NCBI GenBank assembly: GCA_028716665.1
Contig: JAQUPP010000001.1
Location: forward strand, 349,046 to 413,045
Source of the DNA: Patescibacteria group bacterium
GTDB lineage: Bacteria; Patescibacteriota; Patescibacteriia; UBA2591; JAQUPP01
Direction: 5' to 3'
Length of the DNA: 64,000 nucleotides
In this document: piece after piece, positions 18,996 through 28,690 of the stretch
Layout of the letters: every line of letters begins with the position of its first letter
How positions within the stretch are numbered: the first letter of the stretch is position 1
Position numbers and translations under genes: made by a program
Notes under the pieces: generated by a model
Seen by the model: only the letters and a program-made list of their open reading frames with translations
What the model was told of the DNA's origin: nothing
The model's database searches: none

Positions 18996-20258
18996 TTATA
19001 ATTTAAAATTATTTTTTTTCCAATAATTTAGCCATTTATTAAGTCGTTTAAATCCTGTTTTAATATTTTTAGGATTACCAGCAAAAGAAAATCTAAGATA
19101 TCCTTCGCCTTGTGGACCAAAAGCAGCACCGGGTATAACAATAACCTTGGCTTCATTTAAAATTTTTAAAGCCATATCAAATGAATTAATTTTAGCTCCT
19201 TTGACCTTAGCCATAATATAATAAGCTCCTGCCGGTTTTTGATATTCAAAAAATTCTTTTAATTTATCTAATTCTTGACACATTAAATTGCGATTTTTAT
19301 CCATCTGTTTGACTAATTCAACTGTTGATTTTTTTGATTCTTTTTGATTTTTCAGGGCATAAATTACCGCCTTTTGAGAAATAGCCGGCGAACAAATCGC
19401 CAAAGCATCGTGAACTTTGAGCATATGATCAATAATTCCTTCGTCCGCGAAAGCATAACCGACGCGATAACCGGTCATACGATATTTTTTAGAAAAACTT
19501 CCGCAGAGAATGACGCGGTCGCGAATATTTTTAACGGATGCCGGCGAAAATAATTTTGCGTCATCATAGAGAAGAAAATCGTAAGTTTCATCAGCAATTA
19601 AAATCAAATCATATTTTTTGACAAAATTAGCCAATTCTTGTATTTCTTGTCGGTTAAAAACCGCGCCAGTCGGGTTAGAAGGATTGCATAAAATTACAAC
19701 TTTGGTTTTGGAGGTGCGGGCTTTTTCAAAATTTTTAATATTCAGATGCCAGCCGTTTTTTTCAATTAATGGAACAAATTTTGGAACGCCGCCAAATTGT
19801 AAAATTTGTTCTATTTCAGAGGCATAGGTTGGTGAAGGCAACAAAATTTCGTCACCTTCGTCAATAGTTGAAGCCAAGGCGCAAGCCATGGCTTCTTGGC
19901 AACCGACAGTCACCATAATTTCTTTCTTTGGTTTTATATTTTTTATTTTTTTTGAGGACTCTAAATTTTTAGCGATTAATTTTCTTAATTCCGTAATGCC
20001 GGGCTCAAGGGTGTATTTTGAAGTATCTACTTTTTTAATTGATTGAATAATTCCTTTTTTAATATATTGAGGCGTGTCTAAATAGGGGATTCCTTGCCCA
20101 AAAGAAATGATTTTATTAAGACCAATTTTTTCTTCCAATTGGTCGGCCAGAATTGACATTTCCTTAATTGGGGAAATGACAATTTTTTTGACTCTTTGAG
20201 AAATATTTTTTGTCCGAAATTTTTTTCCGGCGGCAGCGATAACTGAACGATATTTCAT
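18996..20258 (-). CDS. Class I/II (aspartate-aminotransferase-fold) PLP-dependent aminotransferase.
   Basis: ISPIKEM near the N-terminus, SFSKKYRMTGYRVGY (PLP-lysine region), and AAFGPQGEGYLRFSFA. Confidence 0.75.
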   Translation of the reverse strand: MKYRSVIAAAGKKFRTKNISQRVKKIVISPIKEMSILADQLEEKIGLNKIISFGQGIPYLDTPQYIKKGIIQSIKKVDTSKYTLEPGITELRKLIAKNLESSKKIKNIKPKKEIMVTVGCQEAMACALASTIDEGDEILLPSPTYASEIEQILQFGGVPKFVPLIEKNGWHLNIKNFEKARTSKTKVVILCNPSNPTGAVFNRQEIQELANFVKKYDLILIADETYDFLLYDDAKLFSPASVKNIRDRVILCGSFSKKYRMTGYRVGYAFADEGIIDHMLKVHDALAICSPAISQKAVIYALKNQKESKKSTVELVKQMDKNRNLMCQELDKLKEFFEYQKPAGAYYIMAKVKGAKINSFDMALKILNEAKVIVIPGAAFGPQGEGYLRFSFAGNPKNIKTGFKRLNKWLNYWKKNNFKL

Positions 20259-20268
20259 AGAATTAAAA

Positions 20269-21402
20269 TTAATTACCCTTTTTTAATAATATCATCTCTA
20301 AATTTTTAACAATATATTTTATTTCTTTTTCAGTTAAATTATTGTAAAATGGCAAGGCGATTGTTTTGCCAGATACTGATTCGGCGATTGGAAAATCACC
20401 GCTTTTATGATTAAATAAGCGACGATAAAATGGCTGTAGGTGGATACATTGGAAATAATTATTACATTGAATACCAGTTTTTTGTAATTTTTTCATAATT
20501 TGGTCTCGGTCTCTTCGAGTGAAATTTTTTGTAAGTTGAATTACATAAACAAACCAAGAAATTTTGGCCCAAGTGGCAACATAAGGTAGTTTAATTAGTC
20601 CTTTTTTTTCTAAATTAGAAAGTTTTTTATTATACATTTTGGCCACTTTTTCTCTCTTTTTTATAATTTCTTTAATTCTTTCGAGTTGAGTTATACCAAT
20701 TGCTGCTTGTATATCACTCATTCGATAATTAAAACCCAGTCTGATATGTTCAAGCCATTTTCCATCTTTAACTTTGCGACCCTGATTATGCATACTTTGG
20801 CACATCTCGGAGATTTTTTTATTATCAGTCACAATTATGCCTCCTTCACCAGTAGTTATTTGTTTATTAGGGTAAAAGGCAAAAACAGCCGCATCCCCAA
20901 AATTTCCACATTTTCTTCCTTTATATTCCGCCCCCAAAGCTTCGCAAGAATCTTCAATAATTTTTAGTTTATATTTTTTAGCAATTTTTAAAATTGAATC
21001 CCAATCTGCCGGATGGCCAAAAATATCTACGGTTATTATAGCTTTTGTCCGTTTAGTAATGGCTTTTTCTATTTTTTGCGGATCAATATTTAAGGTTAGA
21101 GGATCAATATCAACAAAAATCGGTTTAGCGCCTTCATACAAAATGCAATTTGCCGAAGCAATAAAACTAAAAGGGGTGGTAATTACTTCATCACCCTTTT
21201 TAATTCCTAGGGCGCGAACAAGTAAGTGTAGGCCGCTGGTGCCGGAATTAACCGCTATGGCATATTTACTGCCAATATAAGCGGCAAGTTTTTTTTCAAA
21301 CTCTTTGAGTTTTGGCCCTAAAGCTAAATAAGGAGTTTTTAAAACCTTTAAAACACTATTTATTTCTTTTTTTGTAATATCTGGTTTGGATAAATTGATC
21401 AT
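20269..21402 (-). CDS. DegT/DnrJ/EryC1/StrS-family sugar aminotransferase (second copy).
   Basis: NSGTSGLHLLVRALGIKKGDEVITTPFSFIASANC. Confidence 0.85.
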   Translation of the reverse strand: MINLSKPDITKKEINSVLKVLKTPYLALGPKLKEFEKKLAAYIGSKYAIAVNSGTSGLHLLVRALGIKKGDEVITTPFSFIASANCILYEGAKPIFVDIDPLTLNIDPQKIEKAITKRTKAIITVDIFGHPADWDSILKIAKKYKLKIIEDSCEALGAEYKGRKCGNFGDAAVFAFYPNKQITTGEGGIIVTDNKKISEMCQSMHNQGRKVKDGKWLEHIRLGFNYRMSDIQAAIGITQLERIKEIIKKREKVAKMYNKKLSNLEKKGLIKLPYVATWAKISWFVYVIQLTKNFTRRDRDQIMKKLQKTGIQCNNYFQCIHLQPFYRRLFNHKSGDFPIAESVSGKTIALPFYNNLTEKEIKYIVKNLEMILLKKGN

Positions 21403-22328
21403 AAATTATATATTAAGATACCTATACTTACTATTATAAACTGAATTATAGAATAAATAAAGACGGTTTTGGGTATAGAAATACCTTTTTGATGAATGAG
21501 ATCATATAAATGACTGCGGTCGCCCAGAAAGAGCGGTTTTCTTTTAATCAATCGACGAATAATAACTAGGGTTGTGTCAATAATTGGTAGGCCAATAATC
21601 AAGATAGGTCCTATAAATTGTTTTAAATTATGACCGGTGAACATTATAGCTAAAATAGCTAAAATAAAACCCAAGAAGTGGCTGCCATTATCGCCCATAA
21701 AAATAGAGGCCGGATGCCAATTGTAAATTAAAAAACCTAAAATTCCACTTAATGTTCCTAAAGAAATAATTAAGGTGAATAAATTATTTTCTTTTACGGC
21801 CAAATAAATAAACCCCATTAAAGAAATAATGGTAATACTGCCAGCCAGGCCGTTGAGGCCGTCTTCCATATTTATCGCATTCATGGCGCCGACAATGTAA
21901 ATTCCGGCAATTAAACTGGCAATTATAGAATTAATGGAAAAGTGAAGATTAACGCCGATTTTGATTAAAATAAAAACAATTAAAAATCCAGCGATGAATT
22001 GACAAAGAAATTTAATCATCGGTCGGCCGACTTTTTTCCACTTTAAATCATCCCAAAAACCAAGGAAAATTATAATTATACTGCCAATAATTATTCCCAA
22101 TGATTGTAATTTAGAAATTTGATGGAATAATTGGGAAAAAATCAGACTGGCAATTAAACCGAGAAATATCCCTATTCCACCTAAATGGGGGATAGGTTTT
22201 TGGTGAATTTTTAAATCACCTACCGACGGTTCATCATAAAGATGATATCTAAAAGCAAGTTTTTTAAGAAAAAAAATAGCAATTAAAGAAATAAAGAATG
22301 ATATAATAATGAGCAAAAAGTAAATCAT
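21399..22328 (-). CDS. Polyprenyl-phosphate N-acetylhexosamine-1-phosphate transferase (MraY/WecA family, Glycos_transf_4). Likely the initiating phosphoglycosyltransferase of the locus.
   Basis: Polytopic membrane protein with NAINMEDGLNGLAG and FMGDNGSHFLGF motifs. Confidence 0.8.
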   Translation of the reverse strand: MIYFLLIIISFFISLIAIFFLKKLAFRYHLYDEPSVGDLKIHQKPIPHLGGIGIFLGLIASLIFSQLFHQISKLQSLGIIIGSIIIIFLGFWDDLKWKKVGRPMIKFLCQFIAGFLIVFILIKIGVNLHFSINSIIASLIAGIYIVGAMNAINMEDGLNGLAGSITIISLMGFIYLAVKENNLFTLIISLGTLSGILGFLIYNWHPASIFMGDNGSHFLGFILAILAIMFTGHNLKQFIGPILIIGLPIIDTTLVIIRRLIKRKPLFLGDRSHLYDLIHQKGISIPKTVFIYSIIQFIIVSIGILIYNL

Positions 22329-22340
22329 ATTATTGTTTTT

Positions 22341-22931
22341 TTATTTGATGTTATATAAATAAATTTTTGAAGATTTGCCTTGATGGACAGAAGTTAAAGA
22401 ATGAAATTTAAACCCCATTTTTTCGTAAAATCTAATTGCTCGCGAAAGATTTTCGCCGACCAGCACTTTAAACTCTTTTATTTTTCGTTTTTTCATTTCT
22501 TGGAGGAAATGTTCAAATATTTTCGGAGCAATATCCTGACCGTGGAATTCTTTCAGGACGGCAATAGTTAAGAGTTCCGCTTCGGGTATTTTTTCTTCTT
22601 TTTGTTTGGAATATTTTAGAGTTTCAAAAATTTTTTTAAGATTAGAGAAATTAAATATTTTTGGCAACAAAATAAAGAAAGCACTGATTGCATATTTTTT
22701 ATAAAAATTTTTATAAAATTTGCCCACATCAGTGCAACCGCCGACAAAACCAATAATTTGATCATTTTTATCGGCCACAGTAACAAAAGCAGAGTCAGAA
22801 TTTATCATGGATTCATATAATTTTAAAAGGAATTTTGGTCCCAATTGACCCAAGAATCCCTGGTTTATCTCTTGTTGATGGATCTTGGCTATTTGCGCCG
22901 CATCTTTTAAATTAGCTAGACGAATATTCAT
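22341..22931 (-). CDS. GNAT-family N-acetyltransferase.
   Basis: Acetyl-CoA binding region QIIGFVGG...LKEFHGQDIAPKIF. About 196 aa, with the typical GNAT fold pattern. Confidence 0.65.
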   Translation of the reverse strand: MNIRLANLKDAAQIAKIHQQEINQGFLGQLGPKFLLKLYESMINSDSAFVTVADKNDQIIGFVGGCTDVGKFYKNFYKKYAISAFFILLPKIFNFSNLKKIFETLKYSKQKEEKIPEAELLTIAVLKEFHGQDIAPKIFEHFLQEMKKRKIKEFKVLVGENLSRAIRFYEKMGFKFHSLTSVHQGKSSKIYLYNIK

Positions 22932-24157
22932 ATTATTTCTTGAATAATTTTTTCTAATTTATTCACTAGAACGGGAATACTATGGTATTTTTCCACATAT
23001 TCTTTACCATTTTGGCCCATTTTTTCTCTCTCTTCAAGTGACGTTTGGCAGAGATGGACAATAGCATCAGCCATTATTTGAGGGTTTTCCGGTGAAATTG
23101 AAATACCGCAATCAGCTTCTTTAACTGGATTATTGGCGGCATTAACTGAGAAAATTATCGGTTTAACAGCTGCCATATAATCAAATAGTTTATTAGAACT
23201 AATGCCATATTTAAAAACTTCAGTTTTTTTGAGATTAAAGATTAATGTATCAGCTTCGTTAAGAGAAGTATAAACTTCGTCTTTGCTTAGGGAATCGCGA
23301 AATTCAGTATTTTTAAGCTGAAGTTCATTTTTATATTTTATAAGATTTTTTTTCTCCGATCCATCGCCGATAAATATAAATTTTATTTTTTCGTATCCCG
23401 TGTCCTGAATGATTCTGGCTGCGTCCAAAACATAATTTAAGGCATTTGCCAAACCGTGAGCGCCAAAATACATGACTTTAAATTTTTCATCAGTTGTTTC
23501 TTTTTTGGAAATATTTTTGAATTTTGTTAAATCAACCCCGTTAGGAATCCAAACAATTTTTTTTTCATCTATGCCCAAGGCGGTTATGTATTTTTTGGCC
23601 AAAGGCAATAAGGTAATTATTTTTTTGGCCTTTTTATATAAAAATTTTTCTAAAATTCTAAGGGTTTTAACAATTAAATTATTTTCTTTTAAATTTCCCA
23701 TATCAACCAGTGTTTGGGGCCAAAGATCCCTTACCTCCATTAAGAATTTTGCTTTGTAATATTTTGTCAGCCAATATGCCGAGAGGACGGCCAGTAAATG
23801 AACCGAAGAGCCGATAATAATATTCGGTTGTTCAATATTTTTGTTTATTTTGGTTATTTTTTTTCCGAGGCAATATGTTCGACACATGTACGAAAACATA
23901 TTTATCACTCTTTGCCAATCATTTTTTTGATAGGGAAAAGTTTTTATCCAAACAAAATTTATTCCATCAATGTTCTCTATAAGATATTTTTCATTTTTAG
24001 TTAATTTAATTTCCCGGCGTAAACTAAAATGAAAGCTAGAGGCGAATATGGTCACCTCGTGTCCTCTTTTTACTAATTCTTTGGCAAAATCATAATGCCT
24101 GGTGCCGCTGGGCATATCAGGAGTAACAGCATAATGATTTAATATCCAAATTTTCAT
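22928..24157 (-). CDS. Family 4 (GT-B) glycosyltransferase, WbuB-like.
   Basis: N-terminal KIWILNHYAVTPDMPSGTRHYDFAKELVKRGHEVTIFAS and a C-terminal GT-B sugar-donor domain. Confidence 0.7.
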   Translation of the reverse strand: MKIWILNHYAVTPDMPSGTRHYDFAKELVKRGHEVTIFASSFHFSLRREIKLTKNEKYLIENIDGINFVWIKTFPYQKNDWQRVINMFSYMCRTYCLGKKITKINKNIEQPNIIIGSSVHLLAVLSAYWLTKYYKAKFLMEVRDLWPQTLVDMGNLKENNLIVKTLRILEKFLYKKAKKIITLLPLAKKYITALGIDEKKIVWIPNGVDLTKFKNISKKETTDEKFKVMYFGAHGLANALNYVLDAARIIQDTGYEKIKFIFIGDGSEKKNLIKYKNELQLKNTEFRDSLSKDEVYTSLNEADTLIFNLKKTEVFKYGISSNKLFDYMAAVKPIIFSVNAANNPVKEADCGISISPENPQIMADAIVHLCQTSLEEREKMGQNGKEYVEKYHSIPVLVNKLEKIIQEII

Positions 24158-26016
24158 TTTTGATAATTATAGATAAACTTTCTTCCCCACAATTCTAAAA
24201 TATAAAAACGCAAAAATATAGTTTTGTTGTAAAAAAATCGCTGGCCCATTTTGTATTTTTGGAACGAATCAAGTAATTTTTCCGTGTTGACATAATCGGC
24301 AATAAACAGAGGATTCTTAAATTTTAATTCAATATCTTCGGTTAAATATTTTTTATACCACATTTCTTCGGGAGTAACAAAGCCGAGTTTGCTTTTTCTG
24401 AGCCTTATTTTCTCCGGCAGGATATTTTTCATAGCTTCTCTTAATATGAATTTCGTCCAACCAAGCCGCATTTTTTGATCAAGAGGCATTTTGGCGGCTT
24501 GTTCTACCAATCTATAATCTAAAAACGGCAATCTCGCCTCAAGGCCGAATGTTCCGCTATTTTTATCTTCATATCGGAGAAGAACCGGCAAGCTCCATTT
24601 GGTTAAATCTTCTTTAAGACGCTTGCCGAGATTATTTTGATAACCGAATTTTAATTTTCTATCAGTGAAATTTTTTGAAAAGACAGGATTTAAAAGATTA
24701 TCAATGCTGTCGTTTTTTGATATTTTAAACAGATATTTTAATCCGCTTTTTATGTACAATGTTTTTAATATTTCAATGGAGGTAAAGAAAGGCAGAGCTG
24801 TTTCAAGGCACTTAATAAATTTTTTATTTCTAAAAAGCTTTAATAAATAAAAGAAATAAAATTTTCTATAGCCAGCCAATAATTCGTCCCCCCCTTGGCC
24901 ATCCAGCAATATTTTTACTTTTTCTCTGGCTTTTTTGAACACCATTCGTTGGGCAAACATACTCGTTCCAGAAAATGGTTCTTCTTGGTGCCAAATTAAA
25001 TTATCTAATTCTTTAAGGAATTCTTCGGGCTTCGGGAATATATAGTTTTTTTCAGCTCCGGTATGTTTAATGACTTCCTCAATATATTCTCTTTCGTCAA
25101 ATTTTTTATTTTCAAAACAAGAAGAAAAAGTTTTTTGTATTTCTCCAATACTCGGGACATTTTTTTCTTTAAGGAGTTTATTAACCGTGCAAACAATGGA
25201 AGAGGAATCTAAACCTCCGGAAAGACAGGAACCGATTGGAACGTCGCTTCTCAGGCGCAGTTTTATGGTATCAATGAATAATTCACGAAATTGTTCGGTA
25301 TATTTTTGGTCAGGAACTTTATCTTCTATTTTATCAGAAACTTCGAAATCCCAATATTTTTCAATTATTATTTTACCATCTGACGTAAGTTTGAGCCAGG
25401 AGGACGCCGGAAGTTTATAAATATTTTTAAAAAATGTTTCATTCGTATGGTCAAGCATTCCAAATTTTAAAAAATCATAAATTAATGCGTCGGTCGGTTT
25501 TTGAGGGATACCTAATTCTAACAGGGCTTTTATTTCCGAAGCAAAAGTAAAAATTTTACCATCAAAAAAATAATAAAACGGTTTTATGCCAAATCTATCC
25601 CGGCTGCAAAATAATTCTTTTTTATTTTTATCCCAAATAGCGAAAGCCCACATTCCGTTGAATTTTTCAAGACATTTTTCACTCCATTCTTTATAAGCGT
25701 GCAAAATAACCTCCGTGTCGGTATTTGATACGAAAATATGACCGCATTTCTCCAATTCTTTTCGCAATTCAAGGTAGTTATAAATCTCTCCGTTAAAGAC
25801 AATCCACAAAGTTTCATTTTCGTTTGTCATTGGTTGATGTCCGGCCATGGAAAGATCAATTATAGATAAACGACAATGTCCCAGGCCAACATTTTTATCA
25901 ATAAAATACCCCTCATCATCCGGGCCGCGATGTTTTATAATTTTGACCATTTTTTCTATATCTTTTTTGTCCACCAATTTTTGGTCCAAATTGACGGTTC
26001 CGACTATTCCACACAT
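24154..26016 (-). CDS. Glutamine-hydrolysing asparagine synthetase AsnB-family amidotransferase. In this context it is likely a uronic-acid amidotransferase of the WbpS/WbpG type.
   Basis: N-terminal MCGIVG (Ntn cysteine) and the PP-loop SGGLDSS. Confidence 0.85.
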   Translation of the reverse strand: MCGIVGTVNLDQKLVDKKDIEKMVKIIKHRGPDDEGYFIDKNVGLGHCRLSIIDLSMAGHQPMTNENETLWIVFNGEIYNYLELRKELEKCGHIFVSNTDTEVILHAYKEWSEKCLEKFNGMWAFAIWDKNKKELFCSRDRFGIKPFYYFFDGKIFTFASEIKALLELGIPQKPTDALIYDFLKFGMLDHTNETFFKNIYKLPASSWLKLTSDGKIIIEKYWDFEVSDKIEDKVPDQKYTEQFRELFIDTIKLRLRSDVPIGSCLSGGLDSSSIVCTVNKLLKEKNVPSIGEIQKTFSSCFENKKFDEREYIEEVIKHTGAEKNYIFPKPEEFLKELDNLIWHQEEPFSGTSMFAQRMVFKKAREKVKILLDGQGGDELLAGYRKFYFFYLLKLFRNKKFIKCLETALPFFTSIEILKTLYIKSGLKYLFKISKNDSIDNLLNPVFSKNFTDRKLKFGYQNNLGKRLKEDLTKWSLPVLLRYEDKNSGTFGLEARLPFLDYRLVEQAAKMPLDQKMRLGWTKFILREAMKNILPEKIRLRKSKLGFVTPEEMWYKKYLTEDIELKFKNPLFIADYVNTEKLLDSFQKYKMGQRFFYNKTIFLRFYILELWGRKFIYNYQK

Positions 26017-26031
26017 AAGTTTATAATTTTT

Positions 26032-27570
26032 TTAATGACTTTTAAGTAATATTTTTGTAAGCGCTATTATATTTCTTTGATCCATCTCATATTTATCGAC
26101 AAGGCACTTATTTCTTTCCCACTGACTAAAATAATAATTTTTGGCAATATCATTAATTTCAGGATTAAAACGAGATAGTTCTGTTAAGTGCCATATTGTT
26201 AAAATACGATTATAAATTTCTTCTTCTCCATTTACTAATTTATGAAATAATGGATTTTCCATGTCTCCATTCCATAAATTTTTAATAAAAATATTTGCCA
26301 AATTCATCACATCATCTTTCGTAAATATAATATTATTTTCATAAGCCCTTATTATAAAATCTATATCTAAATTGCCATGCGAAATATCTTCAATGTTGTC
26401 TTTCTCGACTATTATCGCAGAACTGTTTTCAAAATAACCAGAATATGGCCAGATTATATTATTATCTTTAATTGTTATCGTATTTTTAAATCCCGCAGCT
26501 ATGTCAACGGCGATTTGTTCATAATTCGGATTATTGAAAATTTGTGAAGCATAAATATTAGCCGTTCCCAATGTTGCCGCAACATTCAATATGGTTCGTT
26601 TTTTTTCTTCATTAGGCCCTTCTTTACTAAACACATAAAATTTTAAATCGGGGTCGTAAAGTTTATTCATTTCGTCCAGCCAATTTTGAGTTATATTTTT
26701 ATCTATTTTTGCCCCAAGAGTAATACCTCTTAATAAAGTTTTTAATATCATTCCATAATGGGCTGAGTGTTCTGAATAACTTTGTACGCTGACCAAGTCA
26801 ATCAACATATCTTTCGATCCTTCAATTATAATTGTATGCTGATTTTGATAAGATTGATTAATTTCGAAATCAGAAGTAAAAATAGTCCATTCATTATTGG
26901 TCGTTTGGAACTCAGATAGGGGAGTATTATCCAATGACACTTTAATTTTAGAGCCCGATGGTGCTTTAAACCAAAACTTCATGAGATATAAAGGATGACT
27001 TTCGGAATCAGTGAATGAAATTGATAATCCTTTTTTATTTAAAAATTCTAAAGCCCTTGATCCGAAATCGATAAGGATATTGTCATTGCAATCCGTAAAA
27101 ATTGGGGGAGCAACTTGTTGAACAGTTTTAAAATTTTTATCTATCACATCTTCAGTATTTTCAAAACTGCCATTTTTTATTAAATTTTCAGAATATCTTG
27201 ATGAAAGTAATTTTTCTTTTGTATATTTTTTAGTTGCTTCTAATATCCCGTTTGTACGATTTTCAAATTTTTCTAAATATATTTTTTTATTGGTAATTTG
27301 ATATAGATCCAAATAGGCATCAAGGATATAACTTTCTTTCCAGGATAGAATCGCCGAATCATAAGACGGGTAGAAATCTGATTCAAAAAATTCTTTATGC
27401 AACGAATAGGGCGATATTTTTTGTTCAATATAATTTATCTGATTGAAAATTTTTTTATTATCTTCCGAAAAATTTATTTTTTCTCTTACTTTTTGAAAAA
27501 TAAATCCGCAAAAGCCGATAACAAAAAGTAAAATTATTATAAATATAACAATTATTTTTTTATTTTTCAT
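26032..27570 (-). CDS. Membrane-anchored protein of unknown function (N-terminal TM helix, then about 480 aa extracytoplasmic).
   Basis: Single N-terminal TM IIVIFIIILLFVIGFCGFIF. I recognise no motif. It is co-directional with its neighbours and overlaps them by a few nt. Confidence 0.4.
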   Translation of the reverse strand: MKNKKIIVIFIIILLFVIGFCGFIFQKVREKINFSEDNKKIFNQINYIEQKISPYSLHKEFFESDFYPSYDSAILSWKESYILDAYLDLYQITNKKIYLEKFENRTNGILEATKKYTKEKLLSSRYSENLIKNGSFENTEDVIDKNFKTVQQVAPPIFTDCNDNILIDFGSRALEFLNKKGLSISFTDSESHPLYLMKFWFKAPSGSKIKVSLDNTPLSEFQTTNNEWTIFTSDFEINQSYQNQHTIIIEGSKDMLIDLVSVQSYSEHSAHYGMILKTLLRGITLGAKIDKNITQNWLDEMNKLYDPDLKFYVFSKEGPNEEKKRTILNVAATLGTANIYASQIFNNPNYEQIAVDIAAGFKNTITIKDNNIIWPYSGYFENSSAIIVEKDNIEDISHGNLDIDFIIRAYENNIIFTKDDVMNLANIFIKNLWNGDMENPLFHKLVNGEEEIYNRILTIWHLTELSRFNPEINDIAKNYYFSQWERNKCLVDKYEMDQRNIIALTKILLKSH

Positions 27571-28690
27571 TGGCGAAAATTATTTCGTAAATTTTTAATA
27601 ATTTTTTGGCTTCCAAATCCCAGTTGTATTTTTCTAAAATTGCTTTTTTGCCGTTTTCTCCCATTTTTTTTGCTTCTTCGGGATGTTTTATTAAATATTC
27701 AATCGCTTCGCCAATCTCTTTCGGATCCAAAGGATTAACACAAATTCCACAATTATTTTTCTCAATGATTTCTTTCCATAAAGGAAAATTTGAAGCAATG
27801 ACGGGCAAACCGGCCGTCATATATTCAAACATTTTAACCGGCAAACTGCTTAAAAAGCATCTATTAGGGTGAAGACAAACAATGCCAATATCCGCTTTGG
27901 CAATTTCTTCAAAAACCTTATTTAAAGAAAGTTCTCCCAAAAAATTTACTTTTGTATATTCTTCAGAACATGCGATTTTCTGTTTTAAAATTTCATTTGA
28001 AAATCTCCCCATCAAATTTAATGAAATTTTGTAATGGCTATTTATTAATTCCATGGCTTTTATGATTTCTTCAATGCCTCTGTTTTTTCCGATTGTTCCG
28101 GTATAGATTAAAACGCATTCATTATTCGCGAAAAAATTATTTTTCGATGTTTTGGAATTAAATTTTAAGAGCGGGTAATTTTTTATCTCAATAACGTTAT
28201 TATTGTATGGTTTAAATTGATCTTTGATATATTCAGTGGCGACGATTATACAATCAAAAAATTTAGATATATTTTTTTCTATAAAATTAACAGTGGAAGA
28301 TAGGGGATGCTTAAAAATCACCGGAATCCATTCTTTGTACAAAATGTCCTTTGGTACATCTTCGTGCACATCATAAATAATCTTGGCTTTTGTAAAAATT
28401 TTTAATAAAACGCCGACTAATATTAGTTCCGGATCATGAAAGTGATAAACGTCCGCTCTTTGTTCCAGCGCTTTTTTGAAAATTAAAAAATCTGTCTTTA
28501 AAAATCTTTCAAGGCGATTTTTTAATTTTGGCAGAGCGATAATTTTAATTCCGTCCACTGTTTCGTTTTTGTCATGTCGGGCGATTAAAGTAACATCATA
28601 ACCAGCCCCAGCTAGAGTTTTGGCTTCTTTGTGAAAAATACGAACATCAAATACGGAGTGGACGGCGGTTATTTGGCAGCATTTTTTCAT
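27560..28690 (-). CDS. Family 4 glycosyltransferase.
   Basis: E-X7-E-like region MFEYMTAGLPVIASNFPLWKEIIEKNNCGI. Confidence 0.75.
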   Translation of the reverse strand: MKKCCQITAVHSVFDVRIFHKEAKTLAGAGYDVTLIARHDKNETVDGIKIIALPKLKNRLERFLKTDFLIFKKALEQRADVYHFHDPELILVGVLLKIFTKAKIIYDVHEDVPKDILYKEWIPVIFKHPLSSTVNFIEKNISKFFDCIIVATEYIKDQFKPYNNNVIEIKNYPLLKFNSKTSKNNFFANNECVLIYTGTIGKNRGIEEIIKAMELINSHYKISLNLMGRFSNEILKQKIACSEEYTKVNFLGELSLNKVFEEIAKADIGIVCLHPNRCFLSSLPVKMFEYMTAGLPVIASNFPLWKEIIEKNNCGICVNPLDPKEIGEAIEYLIKHPEEAKKMGENGKKAILEKYNWDLEAKKLLKIYEIIFANEK

